A DNA stretch of 63,883 nt, counting the filler, from Octopus bimaculoides (lineage: Eukaryota): the NCBI RefSeq assembly GCF_001194135.2. It is 8 parts of 7 records of this genome, joined end to end, with 100 filler letters (N's around TTAATTAATTAA, not from the genome) between each part and the next. Parts side by side here need not be neighbours in the genome. Positions count along the whole stretch, not along the records: positions 18,133 to 36,190 come from NC_068991.1; positions 36,291 to 47,072 come from NC_068981.1; 6 more parts are not named here. One strand, given 5' to 3'. The number at the start of each line of letters is the position of its first letter. Position 1 is the first letter of the stretch. Of this stretch, positions 27,083 to 40,926 are shown in pieces. A program made the translations under genes and the position numbers. The notes below the pieces were generated by a model. It did no database searches and had not been told where the DNA came from. It saw nothing but the letters and a program-made list of their open reading frames with translations.

Positions 27083-27440
27083 CTTTCCGCAGAGTGCCTT
27101 GTTTGCTATGTTAATTAAATCCCATAATAAGGATACACACGTTTAGCTTTTTAATTAATCGCCGGTATTTATTTAAGTTGCGCAGTTTCAAAGTGGTTCA
27201 ATGCCAAATGATTAGATAGATTATATGACGATGAGATACGTTGCTTAATCCTCGCTGATTCAGCTTAATTAGACATGAAGAGAAACCGTGTATGGGTGTA
27301 ATAGATATCTACAATGAATTGTCACAACCGTGAGAAACTGCGCAACTTTAATAAATACCGGCGATTAATTAAAAAGCTAAGCGTGTGTACCCTTATTACA
27401 GGATTTAATTAACATAGCAAACAAGGCACTTTGCAGAAAG
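27083..27440. mobile_element. MITE / foldback element with ~115-bp terminal inverted repeats
   Basis: 27083-27198 is the near-perfect reverse complement of 27326-27440; the spacer is ~127 bp and non-coding. Confidence 0.85.
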
Positions 27441-27468
27441 AATATATATATATATACATATATATATA

Positions 27469-27694
27469 GTGAGAATTTACAAAGCACAAAAGACGAAGAT
27501 GGTTGTGTAGGCAACAAACAGATGTATTAGTTTAACGCTCGGGAAGTGAGAAAGTCTTTTACGTTTCGAGCCTACGCTCTTCAGTAGAAAGGAAGACAGA
27601 AATATACAGGGAGAGAAAATAGAGAATAGATAATAGAAAATAGAAAAGAGAAAGAGAAGATGGAAAAAGTTTTATGTGGTTAGCGATCAATCAT

Positions 27695-27695
<1 letters not shown>
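27469..27695 (-). mobile_element. Penelope-like non-autonomous repeat, copy 1, with vestigial hammerhead fold
   Basis: Shares aaaagacgaaga...acaaacagatgtattagttt.acgctcgggaagtg...acgtttcgagcctacgctctt with two other copies; hammerhead helices lie at 27556-27591. Confidence 0.65.
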
Positions 27696-27724
<29 letters not shown>

Positions 27725-27725
<1 letters not shown>

Positions 27726-27999
27726 TACTCCGTCGGTTATGACGACGATGGTCCTAGCTGATCCGATCAACGGAACAGCCTGCTCGTGAAATGAACGAGC
27801 AAGTGGCTGAGCACTCCACAGACACGTGTACCCTTAACGTAGTTCTGAGGGAGATTCAGCGAGACACAGAGTGTGACAAGGCCGGTCACTTGAAATACAG
27901 GCACAACTCATTTTTGCCATCTGAGTGGACTATAGCCGGGAATTGAACTCACAACTTTACGATCTTGAGCCAATTGCCCTAACCATTAAACCATGCGCC
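27725..27999 (-). mobile_element. tRNA-derived SINE family C
   Basis: The minus strand begins ggcgcatggtttaatggttagggcaattgg...gtgagttcaattccc; the 3' part matches the copy at 63446-63696. Confidence 0.8.
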
Positions 28000-28010
28000 T
28001 TCATATATAT

Positions 28011-28170
28011 AGTTGGAATTCACAAAAAAAAAAAAAAAAGACGAAGACGGGTGTGTAAACAACAAACAGATGTACTATTTTAATTCTCGGGAAGTGAGAA
28101 AGTCTTTTACGTTTTGAGCCTACGCTCTTCAGCAGAAAGGAACACAGAAATAAGCAGAGAGAGAAAATAG
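28011..28170 (-). mobile_element. Penelope-like non-autonomous repeat, copy 2
   Basis: Aligns to copy 1; hammerhead helices at 28104-28139. Confidence 0.65.
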
Positions 28171-28819
28171 TATATAAATATATGCATAATGGGTCATCCC
28201 ATAAATAATACAGTTCTTTTATACATTTTTTATACTTCTCTTTTTCAAAATTAAGATCAACAAAGTTCTTTTTTAATATAAAATATACTTTCCTTAATTT
28301 TCTACAATATTCTTCGATCAATCTGGTAGACATGCAAGGCCCTTCTTCTAAAAATGTTCTTCCATCTATCTGATAGACTTGCATGACCCTTCTTCTAAAA
28401 TTCATTTGTCCCCAACGAAAAATACTCCTCCAGTACTGTTCTGATCTCTACAGAATTCATATTTTGTCCGTCCAAATGATTTTGGAGGCTGCAGAATAAA
28501 TGATAATCAGATGGGCGGCGAATACGGTATTCACTTCAAGGTTCGTGGTAGAAACACTGCCAGATCTTATACAAAGAAATGCGTAGATCGAGTAACTGGT
28601 CACGCTCGAAATCAACTAGATGACCACAGTACATGTATGTTTGTATGTATCTATGTATGTCAGTTCATATATGTGTATATGTGTGTGTGTTTATATGTGT
28701 TTGTGTATGATGATAAATATTTGCAAATACAAGAATACTCTTCGTGTAATTGTTTCCTAGACTGCAGCGTTCGATTTCAAAATATAACATAGAAGTACAA
28801 CCAGGCCTACATGAGCATA

Positions 28820-29208
<389 letters not shown>

Positions 29209-29569
29209 GAAATGATGGAAAGCAAGAAACAAATTGAAGCATACCCCTCGAAATACCTACACGTGCTTATTTATGTCTTGTCCTTACCGGCCATAAATTT
29301 ATGCTTTGTCCACAAATTTATGTGCCATGACTACACGCACATAAGCACACATAAGCAATACATGCAATATGCACACGGACATATCTATGCACATATATAC
29401 ATAGAGAAATACATGCTATTATGTACATATCAATTTGGCAGGGGAATCAGAATTATGGATGAAATATGTACATGTATATAATGTGAATACAAATGCACAT
29501 ATATTATGGATATATACGCATGCATATATATATATATATATATAGATAGATAGATACATGCATACGTAT

Positions 29570-29641
<72 letters not shown>

Positions 29642-30689
29642 CAGAGATATTGCAAAAGAGAAGATATAAATTCAGGTTTGTCCACCTCAGCAAAACAGAT
29701 AAATAAATCCATATTTCGGACGGAACAGATATATTTTCAAGACACACGATATATTGATAGAGGAAAACAAACGTATGTAAAGCTGTTTGTAGGTGTAGAT
29801 ATATGAGCGAATTTCTTTTTATGGAAATTCAGACCTGTAAAGGAAAAAAGAAACAATAGCGAAAGAAAAAAACAACAAAGTAAATTGAATGAAACCTTTT
29901 TACAATTAAATATCTGGCGTAAAGTGATATGCATAATGCCGTACGTTTCTTTATATTCGTGAGAGATTAAGAGATTGAATTAATTTCTTTTCTATTATGC
30001 GCATTATGGAACATTGTTCAATTTGTTCAAACAAAATATTTTCATAAGAATTCTTCATTTTATTTTTTTAGACTAAATATTGTATTTCAATTTGAAATCT
30101 AATATATGATAACTGTACCAAACAAATATTGCTTTTCCTCTCTTTTCATGTCTTATTAAAAGAAAAGGTAAAAATTCCTCCTAAAAACGTAGACATTTTG
30201 CATATACGCAAGACTCGGTTTTCTTTCCTTCTTTCTTGTTCAGCATTGAAAAAAAAAATGAGATTGTTTATAGCGTTTCTGTTTTCTTCAAGGCATTAAA
30301 AACATAAGTTAATTGTTTGGGCTTCAAATGAGAATCACAATGGGACTGTTTCTTTAAAATTTCTTAGATTCTGTTTTGCGTAGCAAATACCATATCTGTT
30401 TTTAAATGATTGCAAATGGTTTCGATGCCTATACGTTTTTCCAAGTGTATTAGAAAAGAAAGACAAATCGTAAAGACTTCCGAGAGGAGAAGAAACTAAT
30501 GCTTATACCCTTAAGATCACTTGTTAGTTTTAAAACTGAACTTGATTGAAGAAATTTCCCATAGGAAAATATTTATCAAGTTAAATTAAATCAAATTAAT
30601 TTTTCGAAACCTTTCCTATCAAACTTTCAATTTGTAACCACGTGTTTGTGATTGCAAAGTGAATTTGGTAGATGGAACCACACCTGTGA

Positions 30690-30965
30690 AGTCAATCTTT
30701 ATAAATATATACGCTCTGTGTGTCTGTTTGTGTGTGTGTGTGTGTGTGTCCTTGTGTCTATGTTTGAAAACCACTACCACCACCATACCGCTTGGCAACA
30801 AGTGTTTGTTTACGTCACCGTAACTTAGCTGCTCGGCAAAATGTAAGTAATAGAGTAAGTATCCGACTTGAAAATAAGTACAGAGATCGATCAGTTCGAC
30901 TAAAACCATTCGTGTCGGTACTCCAGCATGGCCGCATCCCTATGACTAAAAGATAAAGGAATAAA
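30690..30965 (+). mobile_element. SINE family A tail
   Basis: accgcttggcaacaagtgtttgtttacgtcaccgtaacttagc...ctccagcatggccgca. Confidence 0.75.
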
Positions 30966-31945
30966 GATGTGCAATAAGTATATGTTATCAATAACACTAA
31001 TGCTGTTTAACTATCAATGAAAAGCAGGTGTAACAATACCATCTATTGCAGAAACATACCGTCGACATTACAAATTATACGACTGGAGATTAATTAGTTT
31101 TGCATAAGCACTGTTAATTCTGAAAAAATCACAATTACAATTATTGAAGCTGTATATCATTACATGATATTATCCACAGAAGCAAAAATTTATTCCCAAC
31201 ACTACACGTCATACGAAGGGTGACACTCTAGTTAAAATCTAGCAATTAAGAAAGGTACCTCCAATACGATGGAATTCATCACCTTTTCAGTGGCGTGACC
31301 TAGACACCAATATTGTCCATTAATCGTATGAGATAGCTGCATGCACATTTATTCGTTCTGTTAATTTCAAAGAAATTCAGAAATTATCACCTCAGCTCTA
31401 AACTCCTCTCTATCATTTTAAATCTTGTAACTACTTTATTTTCAGTGAACTTTGCACGGTATAAATATTCTCTTGTCCTAGCTCATTCAAACCAAACAGA
31501 AATCGTTATCATGCAAGTTTGAATTTTAAATTATTTACCAGTGAGTGCACTTTGGCTGAAGTTGAAGTGAAGTACACCTGCCTGACATGAAACTAAATGT
31601 TCATTGAAATTTTACATCGAACTAAATAATTACGAACAAGACTTTGATAAGAAAAAAAAAACTATTTATTCTTATTTGTATTTTTATTTTCGACTCTCTT
31701 TCTATATTATTTCTCAGTCATGAACTTTACTAATTATTAACACATGTAGAAGTACAAGCGTAAAAATAAAGAAATTTAATAGACTTCTACAATGTACGAT
31801 AAAATCCAATACAAAAACTAGTTTCTGCCTTCTATTACTGTAGATGCCACCGTTCCAATTGTCATAATTATATTGTAGTTGTCACTATATTATTCTTGTC
31901 AGAAAAAAGAAAATAGTGATTCTAGTTATTTAGTCACACACTCAA

Positions 31946-32005
<60 letters not shown>

Positions 32006-32029
32006 CTATATATACATATGTTATATACG

Positions 32030-32214
32030 GGGAGAATTCCCAAAACAACAAAAGACGAAGACAGGTGATGTAGACAACAAACAGATGTATTAGTTTGACG
32101 CTCGGGAAGTAAAAAAGTCTTTAACGTTTCGAGCCTACGCTCTTGCACAGAAAGGAACACAGAGAGAAAGAAGGAGAGAAAAAAAAGAATGTGTAGTGGC
32201 TAGCGATCTATCAT
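32030..32214 (-). mobile_element. Penelope-like non-autonomous repeat, copy 3
   Basis: Aligns to copies 1 and 2; hammerhead helices at 32119-32154. Confidence 0.65.
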
Positions 32215-32986
32215 NNNNNNNNNNNNNNNNNNNNNNNNNNNNNNNNNNNNNNNNNNNNNNNNNNNNNNNNNNNNNNNNNNNNNNNNNNNNNNNNNNNNNN
32301 NNNNNNNNNNNNNNNNNNNNNNNNNNNNNNNNNNNNNNNNNNNNNNNNNNNNNNNNNNNNNNNNNNNNNNNNNNNNNNNNNNNNNNNNNNNNNNNNNNNN
32401 NNNNNNNNNNNNNNNNNNNNNNNNNNNNNNNNNNNNNNNNNNNNNNNNNNNNNNNNNNNNNNNNNNNNNNNNNNNNNNNNNNNNNNNNNNNNNNNNNNNN
32501 NNNNNNNNNNNNNNNNNNNNNNNNNNNNNNNNNNNNNNNNNNNNNNNNNNNNNNNNNNNNNNNNNNNNNNNNNNNNNNNNNNNNNNNNNNNNNNNNNNNN
32601 NNNNNNNNNNNNNNNNNNNNNNNNNNNNNNNNNNNNNNNNNNNNNNNNNNNNNNNNNNNNNNNNNNNNNNNNNNNNNNNNNNNNNNNNNNNNNNNNNNNN
32701 NNNNNNNNNNNNNNNNNNNNNNNNNNNNNNNNNNNNNNNNNNNNNNNNNNNNNNNNNNNNNNNNNNNNNNNNNNNNNNNNNNNNNNNNNNNNNNNNNNNN
32801 NNNNNNNNNNNNNNNNNNNNNNNNNNNNNNNNNNNNNNNNNNNNNNNNNNNNNNNNNNNNNNNNNNNNNNNNNNNNNNNNNNNNNNNNNNNNNNNNNNNN
32901 NNNNNNNNNNNNNNNNNNNNNNNNNNNNNNNNNNNNNNNNNNNNNNNNNNNNNNNNNNNNNNNNNNNNNNNNNNNNNNNNNNNNNN

Positions 32987-33057
<71 letters not shown>

Positions 33058-33674
33058 ATATATATAGCAAAACCATCGCAAGATTGGGAGCTATAGTAGA
33101 AGACTTTAGCCACAGGTGTTGCGCGCTGGGACTGACCCCGAAGCTCCGTGGGTGAAAACAAAGTTCTTAATTACAGAACCCTGCCAGCGACTATAAGCCT
33201 TTCATGCCATTTTCTTCAAATACTTCACAAATCTCCTGAGAATGTTAGGAAGTATTTTGCGAGTAATCTAAAGATCTTTCCTGCTTAGGAAACAGAATTT
33301 TTATGCTATTAAAAGTAGTTTAAAAAGCCTTCTCTGACACATATAGAACGAAGCCGTTGTGTTTATTTGATAGATGCGAACACATCTAGCAAAAGTGGTT
33401 GGTTCTAATCCATCTCCGTTGGCAAAATAACAAGGTCATGACTCAGATTGATTTATAAGGTTTCATCCTTTTATGTAGGAAATAATATATATCTCTGTGT
33501 AAGCGGGGTTCATCATTTTTATGAACATATTCAAGTGAAAATTTATCGGACTCAAATACATACATATACAGAAGGAGAGAGAGAGAGAGAGAGAAACAGA
33601 GGGAGACAGACAGATAGACAGGCAGATAGAGCAATGGAGATCGGGGAGGGAGGGAGCAAGTGAGGGAGAGAGAC

Positions 33675-33885
<211 letters not shown>

Positions 33886-34460
33886 AAATTCGTGGAATCG
33901 TGAACATACTGCAGCACAGTCAATACCACTTATGTTATGGAAATCAAAGCACGAAGTTTAATTTTGACACTCTTTCTTGTGAAGATCTTCAAGTGACTTT
34001 TTAATGATGCGAGATTATTTCTAATTAAAACGCGTGATCAATAAGTTTGAGGGCAGAAAAATAGGCGATTGTATGAACCGAAAGAATTGAATTTGCACCG
34101 TATTTTAACGATTCTGAAGAGATAAAATTTTAAGTTGACTTCGGCGGGACTTGAACTCAGAACGTAAAGCGCCGGAATAAATACCTCCAGATATAGATAA
34201 CTAAGCATATTCAGGTTGATAGCACTGATCATGTTAGGGTTCCTATAACATGACCACATCTTCAGAGTGTAATCGATTAAATTGATTTTAGTACTTGACT
34301 CGAACTTTAAGATCGACCTCAAATGGGTGAAATTCAATGTTGACTGCACCAGGATTTGACCTCATGCTATGAAGGACCATCGGAAATACTGCAAGGAATT
34401 TCTTCTGATGTTACAAGGATTCTGCCAAACTACTGCACTTACATAATAATTCCTTATTTA

Positions 34461-34625
34461 AAGGCGGCGAGTTGGCAGAAACGTTAGCACGCCGGCCGAA
34501 ATGCTTAGCGGTATTTTGTCTGTCTTTATGTTCTGAGTTCAAATTCTGCCGAGGTCGACTTTGCCTTTCATTCTTTCGGTGTCGATAAATTAAGTACCAT
34601 TTGCATACTGGAGTCGATCTAAATC
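34461..34625 (+). mobile_element. SINE family B
   Basis: aaggcggcgagttggcagaaacgttagcacgccggccgaaatgcttagcggtattt...gagttcaaattctgccgaggtcgac. Confidence 0.9.
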
Positions 34626-34654
34626 ACCATTTTTCCTCAATTTACAGTCCTCTC

Positions 34655-34850
34655 CCTATCAGCCGTTCTTTTCCGATCCACCCTTCTTTCCCGATCTCTT
34701 ACCCCTTCCTGACCCACTGTCTTTTGAAGATCCGCGATTCTTTCCCGATTCGTCTTCCCTTCCAGATCCATCGCCCTTTTCCAGTCCACCGTCTATTCTC
34801 ACTCTCCCCTACTTTTGCTATCAACCTTCCTCTCTCGATAAACTGTTCTT
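34655..34850. repeat. Diverged 18-nt minisatellite, about 10 units
   Basis: Recurring ctttt/ctttcc...gatcc motif every ~18 nt; translations show 6-residue periodicity (RSFPIH PSFPIS YPFLTH ... RPFPVH). Confidence 0.6.
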
Positions 34851-36154
34851 TTTCTTTTCTTTTTTTCTATCCACTGCACTGTTATCTGTAATATTGATTT
34901 CAAACGTAGACATATGACCACAAATTTAGAGGAAAAGGTTTGGCAATTGAATTCATCTTCAGTTCTTGATTAGTATCATATTTTATCGACTCCCGGAAGG
35001 ATAAAAGGCAATATTAACCTTGATGGGATTAAAGAGCAGTAACTAAATATTGCTCTTAATGATTCTGACAATCCACTGTCTATCATCTGTAATATAGCTT
35101 CTCAACTAGATTGTCTTTGAAGATTTTGGAATCCTTAATCAGCTCTAAGGAGAATGTAATCCATGGACATATTATATCAGAAGAAATAGCTATAAATATC
35201 CTGATAATATAACAACAAACTCTTCTACATCTTATCAAGCTTGATTCTAACCACAACTGCCTATTTCAGAAGAAGTGCTAATTGTGTATGGTGTAAATAT
35301 ATGTTTATTTTAGGTAACGCTGTGTCGACATCTTGTCCAACATGGCTGCATTTAGATGTACTAGATACTGATTCTGGAAAGAGAGCAAGGCTGTTTTTTT
35401 CTCTATTTTTCCATCGTGATTTCTATCTATTATTCTCTTCATTTTCAAGCTTAGAATATAGTCTGAAAGACTTTCTTTATATTAAGAGTTTTTTTTTTTA
35501 TTCATAATATATTTTCGATTCAATCTTTCTGTTTAACTATCTCTCTACCATTCTCCGTAGCTTTCTCTTTTTCTCCGGCTGCAACGATATATCACTGGAG
35601 CAAAATAACGATTTCCAAAGACAAGCCTCCAAGTAATAAGCAAAAATGAGAACTAAAGTAATATCATATACTAAGCTTTACTGTTGCTTCTTCAGTTTCA
35701 TCTGGCATTTTTTGTTTCGTAAAAAATTTATCTTATGAAGACAAAAGATATTTCTTTACATAAAAATAATATAAATGCATAATGAAAAATATCGTTTTAT
35801 TTTGCGTTATTTTTTTTCAAGACAAATTTCTAAAATAAAAGCAATATTCTTAGGAAGATTGATTATTATTTGGAAATTCAAAAGAAATTGTAACATTGTG
35901 CTAAGTACGAAAAATATCTTCAGTTCTATAGTCTGTAAAACTAGACAAAAGAATAAGGCCCAGATGATGGGATAACACTGGTCTGTTAATAAGTTTGCTT
36001 GCCTTCGAAGAAAAGAATATATACAATCTTTTCTCTTGTCTGATAATACATAGATATTTTTTTTAAAAATACCATATTGAACCTTCGATTAAAGACATTG
36101 GTTTCTTTGTGTGCAATGAATGTGTGTCAGGCGTTTGTGCAGTAAATGATAGAC

Positions 36155-36190
<36 letters not shown>

Positions 36191-36290
36191 NNNNNNNNNN
36201 NNNNNNNNNNNNNNNNNNNNNNNNNNNNNNNNNNTTAATTAATTAANNNNNNNNNNNNNNNNNNNNNNNNNNNNNNNNNNNNNNNNNNNN
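36191..36290. other. Artificial scaffold linker
   Basis: 44 N + TTAATTAATTAA + 44 N. Confidence 0.95.
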
Positions 36291-36322
<32 letters not shown>

Positions 36323-37719
36323 TGTTTGGAGATAGGTTTTAATGTAGTGGCAGAGACTTGGAAGAGGATTGAAGCTTATTACAACCACGAACTGTGACTC
36401 TCATTTGACCAGAATAAACAAGCTCCTATGTTGTCATTCAGCCTGCAAGAGTTAGCAGCTCTCTTTGTCAGGTATTAACTTATCTTATATTAGATGTTCT
36501 AATGACTGTTAAACCATTGCCTTACACATATTTATAAATGCAAACATGCGTATGTGTTTGTGTTCATGCATGTGTGTATTCATGTTGTGTGTGTGTATGC
36601 ATCTAAAGTTTATCAAGATACTGCAGAGCTTCCTAAAGTTTTCTCATTGGTGACATAATTTTTAAAAAATAAAATTTTTCATGACATTAATTTATAAACA
36701 GCTAAATATCAAGGCACTTGTGACCAATCATATGTCTAATTATACATGGGCTTCTCAGATCTCAGATGTACTTCACAGCCAAGAATTAGTAAAAATTAAT
36801 CAGAGTTGACTTAATTTTATGACACAGCAATAGATAATCAGTGTCATGCTGAAGAGTCATGATGTTTAACTTGGAAGCTTCTTGTGGCAATATGTGAGTG
36901 AAAGGGGAGCATAATGGTTGTCTAAGTAGATGCTTATATATAACAGATGTGGGTTAAGATGTGAAAAACTTGTTTTGGAGACAATCATCAACTGCATATT
37001 TCTGAGAAGTGAAAGAAGCCTGATTCTGAATCTGTCTGTGAAAACTCCTTGATATCTGTGACAACTCAATACTAGTGCTATACTAACTCCTTCTTCATTT
37101 ACCACCGCCACCGCCACCGCCACCGCCANNNNNNNNNNNNNNNNNNNNNNNNNNNNNNNNNNNNNNNNNNNNNNNNNNNNNNNNNNNNNNNNNNNNNNNN
37201 NNNNNNNNNNNNNNNNNNNNNNNNNNNNNNNNNNNNNNNNNNNNNNNNNNNNNNNNNNNNNNNNNNNNNNNNNNNNNNNNNNNNNNNNNNNNNNNNNNNN
37301 NNNNNNNNNNNNNNNNNNNNNNNNNNNNNNNNNNNNNNNNNNNNNNNNNNNNNNNNNNNNNNNNNNNNNNNNNNNNNNNNNNNNNNNNNNNNNNNNNNNN
37401 NNNNNNNNNNNNNNNNNNNNNNNNNNNNNNNNNNNNNNNNNNNNNNNNNNNNNNNNNNNNNNNNNNNNNNNNNNNNNNNNNNNNNNNNNNNNNNNNNNNN
37501 NNNNNNNNNNNNNNNNNNNNNNNNNNNNNNNNNNNNNNNNNNNNNNNNNNNNNNNNNNNNNNNNNNNNNNNNNNNNNNNNNNNNNNNNNNNNNNNNNNNN
37601 NNNNNNNNNNNNNNNNNNNNNNNNNNNNNNNNNNNATTATAGTGTAATTTGGACTACATTATGTGATGTGTCCATTTTTTTTTTTTCAAGATTGTCCATC
37701 ATTATTATCATCACTTAAC

Positions 37720-38105
37720 ATCCACTCTCCATACTGGCATGGATTAGTTGGTTTGATTGGAGCTGATGAGCCAGAGAGCTGCATCATGTTCCAGTCTGGT
37801 TTAGCATGGTTTCTACAGCTGGATGCCCTTCCTAACACCAACCACTCCAGGAGTGTAATGGGTTCTTTTATGTGCTACTGGCAAGGGTGCCATTCACATG
37901 ACACCAGCAACAGCCATGACTACAATTCACGGGTGGGTGCCACTTACATGGCACCAACAATGACCATGACTACGATTCACGGGTGCCATTTGCATGGCAC
38001 TGCTGATGACCACAATTCCCAGGTGTCGATTTACATGGTACCATCAACAACCACGACTACAATGCATGGGTGTCATTTACATGGTACCGGCAGCGAACGA
38101 CTACT
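37720..38105 (-). mobile_element. Old RTE-tailed retroposon with about five ~45-nt internal tandem repeats
   Basis: tttctacagctggatgcccttcctaacacaaccactcc family motif, followed by repeated gggtgcca...catggcacc...catgactac units. Confidence 0.65.
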
Positions 38106-38274
38106 ATACACGAGTATCATTTACAGTGGTTCAGCTGATATTTCTTGTAGACTGATTCTGATCAGACTAGAGCCTGGTGCAGCCTTCTGGTTTGCCAAAC
38201 CTCAGTCAAACTGTCCAACCCATCACAAATACTTATCACTTATTTATTTCCTTATTTATTTATCTTTATTATTG

Positions 38275-38483
38275 CTTATCTTTTACTTGCTTCAGTCATT
38301 AGACTGCAGCCATGCTGGGGCACCACCTTGAAGAAGTTTAGTCGAACAAATTGACCCCAGTACTTAGTTGTTTTGCTCTTAAGCCTGATATTTATTCTAT
38401 TGGTATTTTTGCTGAACCACTAAGTTATGGGGGCATAAACATGCCAACACCGATTGTCAAGCGGTGGTGGAGGAAAAACAAAG

Positions 38484-38516
<33 letters not shown>

Positions 38517-38655
38517 TATAACGGACTTCTTTCAGTTTCTGTTAAAAATCTACTCACAAGGCATTGGTCAGCCTGAGGTTGTATTAGAAGACACTTGCTC
38601 AAGGTACCATACAGTGGGACTGAATTTGGACCCTTCTGGTTGAGAAGCAAACTTC
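38275..38655 (-). mobile_element. SINE family A (CpG-decayed)
   Basis: Tail, (CA)n insert and head motifs in family order; most CpGs have changed to TpG/CpA. Confidence 0.8.
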
Positions 38656-39345
38656 TTACCTCTATCCCTCTGTTCAGATCTTTAGGGATAGTTCCCAATG
38701 CACCTATAACTACTTGGATACATTTTACCCACACTTTCCATAGTCTCTATAATTCAATGGATAGGTCCTGGTACTTTGCTATTTTTACTATACCTCTCAT
38801 ACTGATTTTTTCATCATTTGAGACTGTAAAGTCAATTATCTGGCACTTTCTATTCTCTTTATCTACTACTATTAAATCAGGCCTTCTAGTTTCTATTGCT
38901 CTGTTAAAGTCCCACAACNNNNNNNNNNCTTCTAGTTTCTATTGCTCTGTTAAAGTCCCACAACATCTTGTATTTCTTACTTTCTAATACTTTACTAGGT
39001 TCATGTTCATACCATTTATCATTATGGTCAAATCCTAGCTTTCTACATAACTCCCAGTGGATTACTCTCTCTCTATGTTGTCATGTCTTCTTTTGTATTC
39101 TTTCTGTGCCCATATGCTGTATTCACTTAGTATATGAATAACGCTTTCCTCTTTTAATTTGCATAACCTACATTGGGAATCTACTTGGTTTTTGTCTATC
39201 TTGGCTTTTATCCAATTAGTCCTTAATGTTTGATCTTGTGCAGCTACTAACAAACTTTCTGTCTCCCTTTCCAGCTTTCCTTTCTGCAACCATAACCATA
39301 TCTCACTACTATTTGCTGCAACCATCTTTGGGGGATCTGCCGTGC
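38656..39345 (-). mobile_element. R4/Dong-like non-LTR retrotransposon 3' coding remnant
   Basis: WLQKGKLERETESLLVAAQDQTLRTNWIKAKIDKNQVDSQCRLCKLKEESVIHILS..KEYKRRHDN, then LWDF..RRPDLIVVDKENRKCQIIDF and VVIGALGTIPKDL; contains stops and frameshifts. Confidence 0.9.
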
Positions 39346-39396
39346 AGAACCTTCCCCTGCTAGTCAGATAATTTCTGTTCTTTTTTCTGGTTTTTA

Positions 39397-39466
<70 letters not shown>

Positions 39467-39467
<1 letters not shown>

Positions 39468-39925
39468 CGAAATCGAACTAAATTCGACGACTGGCTCCCA
39501 TGCCAACATCTCCTTCATTGGACACTAAACTCGGATTGCGAAGACCTGTTGGGGCGAAATCGTGATGGCACCACCGTTTGAGCATGATCGTTACCAGCGT
39601 CGCCTTCCTGGCACTTGTGCTGGTGGCACGTGAAAAGTCATTCGAGTGAGATTGTTGCCAGTGCCGCTGGACTGGCTCCTGTGCAGGTGGCACGTAAAAT
39701 ACACCATTTTGAGCATGACCATTGCCAGTACCACTTGACTGGCCTTCATGCCGGCAGCATGTAAAAAGCACCCACTACACTCTTGAAGTGGTTGGTGTTA
39801 GGAAGGGCATCCAGCTGTAGAAACTCTGCCAGATCAGATTGGAGCCTGGTGTAGCCATCTGGTTCACCAGTCCTCAGTCAAATCGTCCAACCCATGCTAG
39901 CATGGAAAGCGGACGTTAAACGATG
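39467..39925 (+). mobile_element. RTE-tailed non-autonomous retroposon with three ~65-nt internal repeats
   Basis: Ends ...gttaggaagggcatccagctgtagaaactctgcc...gcatggaaagcggacgttaaacgatga; reverse-complement match to 7872-8270. Confidence 0.85.
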
Positions 39926-40131
39926 ATTATTATTATTATTATTATTATTATTATTGGGATACATAGAAAGATGGTTGAATGAGAAGAGTAGGTGCTTGCT
40001 TTTGATTCATTACCAGTTTCTTATAAAAAAAAAATTTGTATCAGATGTGACTCTCCAAAGAAAGTTAACAATGACATCAGAAATTTCTGTTCATTGTAGT
40101 AGTATGTATTAAGAGAGAAACAAGAACATAC

Positions 40132-40238
40132 CTATGAAAGTGGCAAGAGTGCTTCTGTTAATGCAGACCAGGTGTGGGCAACCATTTTCAAGAAATGGGC
40201 CATATGAAACATGGCTTATCATCAGGCGAACTTCACTA
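40132..40238 (-). CDS. Candidate internal exon of an unidentified gene
   Basis: Acceptor aatgtttttag, donor G|gtatgt, 107 nt, a single open frame SEVRLMISHVSYGPFLENGCPHLVCINRSTLATFI; no family recognised. Confidence 0.35.
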
Positions 40239-40767
40239 CTAAAAACATTCAAGTTAACTTTTTGTTAGCATATTATTCAAAATGTCTCATGGGCTTCATT
40301 GTATCCATGACTTGTGTAAGCAATTCTTTTTAGAGTTCAAAATTTTGATTGTTGTGACTATGAAGACCTTGCCAAATACAAGAATTTGCCTGCAATTTCA
40401 CTTTTACTGTTTATGTCTCTTAGCTTGATTTTCACATTGTCTGTCTGTCTGTCTCTGTAAATCTGATCACTTTTAATACATTCCAGATCAAATCTGACTG
40501 GACAGATCTGTGGTGGCATCATCACTTGAAAATCTGGGAAATGTTTGCATGTAATTTTATTGGTTATATTTTTGCCAACACCATTACTCAATCAGCCAAA
40601 ATTCCGGTTGTTGTTTACAAAGAAATTCCTAATTGAAGACAACAGGTCTGGCATTTGAATCAGTGTATAGACCTGTTACAGCTTCAATGATAACTTATCA
40701 TACCATGTATTGATTTTTCTACAATATCTGAAACAGAAATTAGAATAGAACTGTGGAATTTACAAAT

Positions 40768-40769
40768 AT

Positions 40770-40834
<65 letters not shown>

Positions 40835-40839
40835 TGATA

Positions 40840-40923
<84 letters not shown>
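40768..40923. repeat. (AAT)n/(GAT)n microsatellite
   Basis: Direct reading. Confidence 0.95.

Positions 40924-40926
<3 letters not shown>

Noticed and set aside
38880-38965. Duplicated LINE segment around an 11-N gap
   Set aside because: Same overlap artefact; the LINE reads through once one copy is removed
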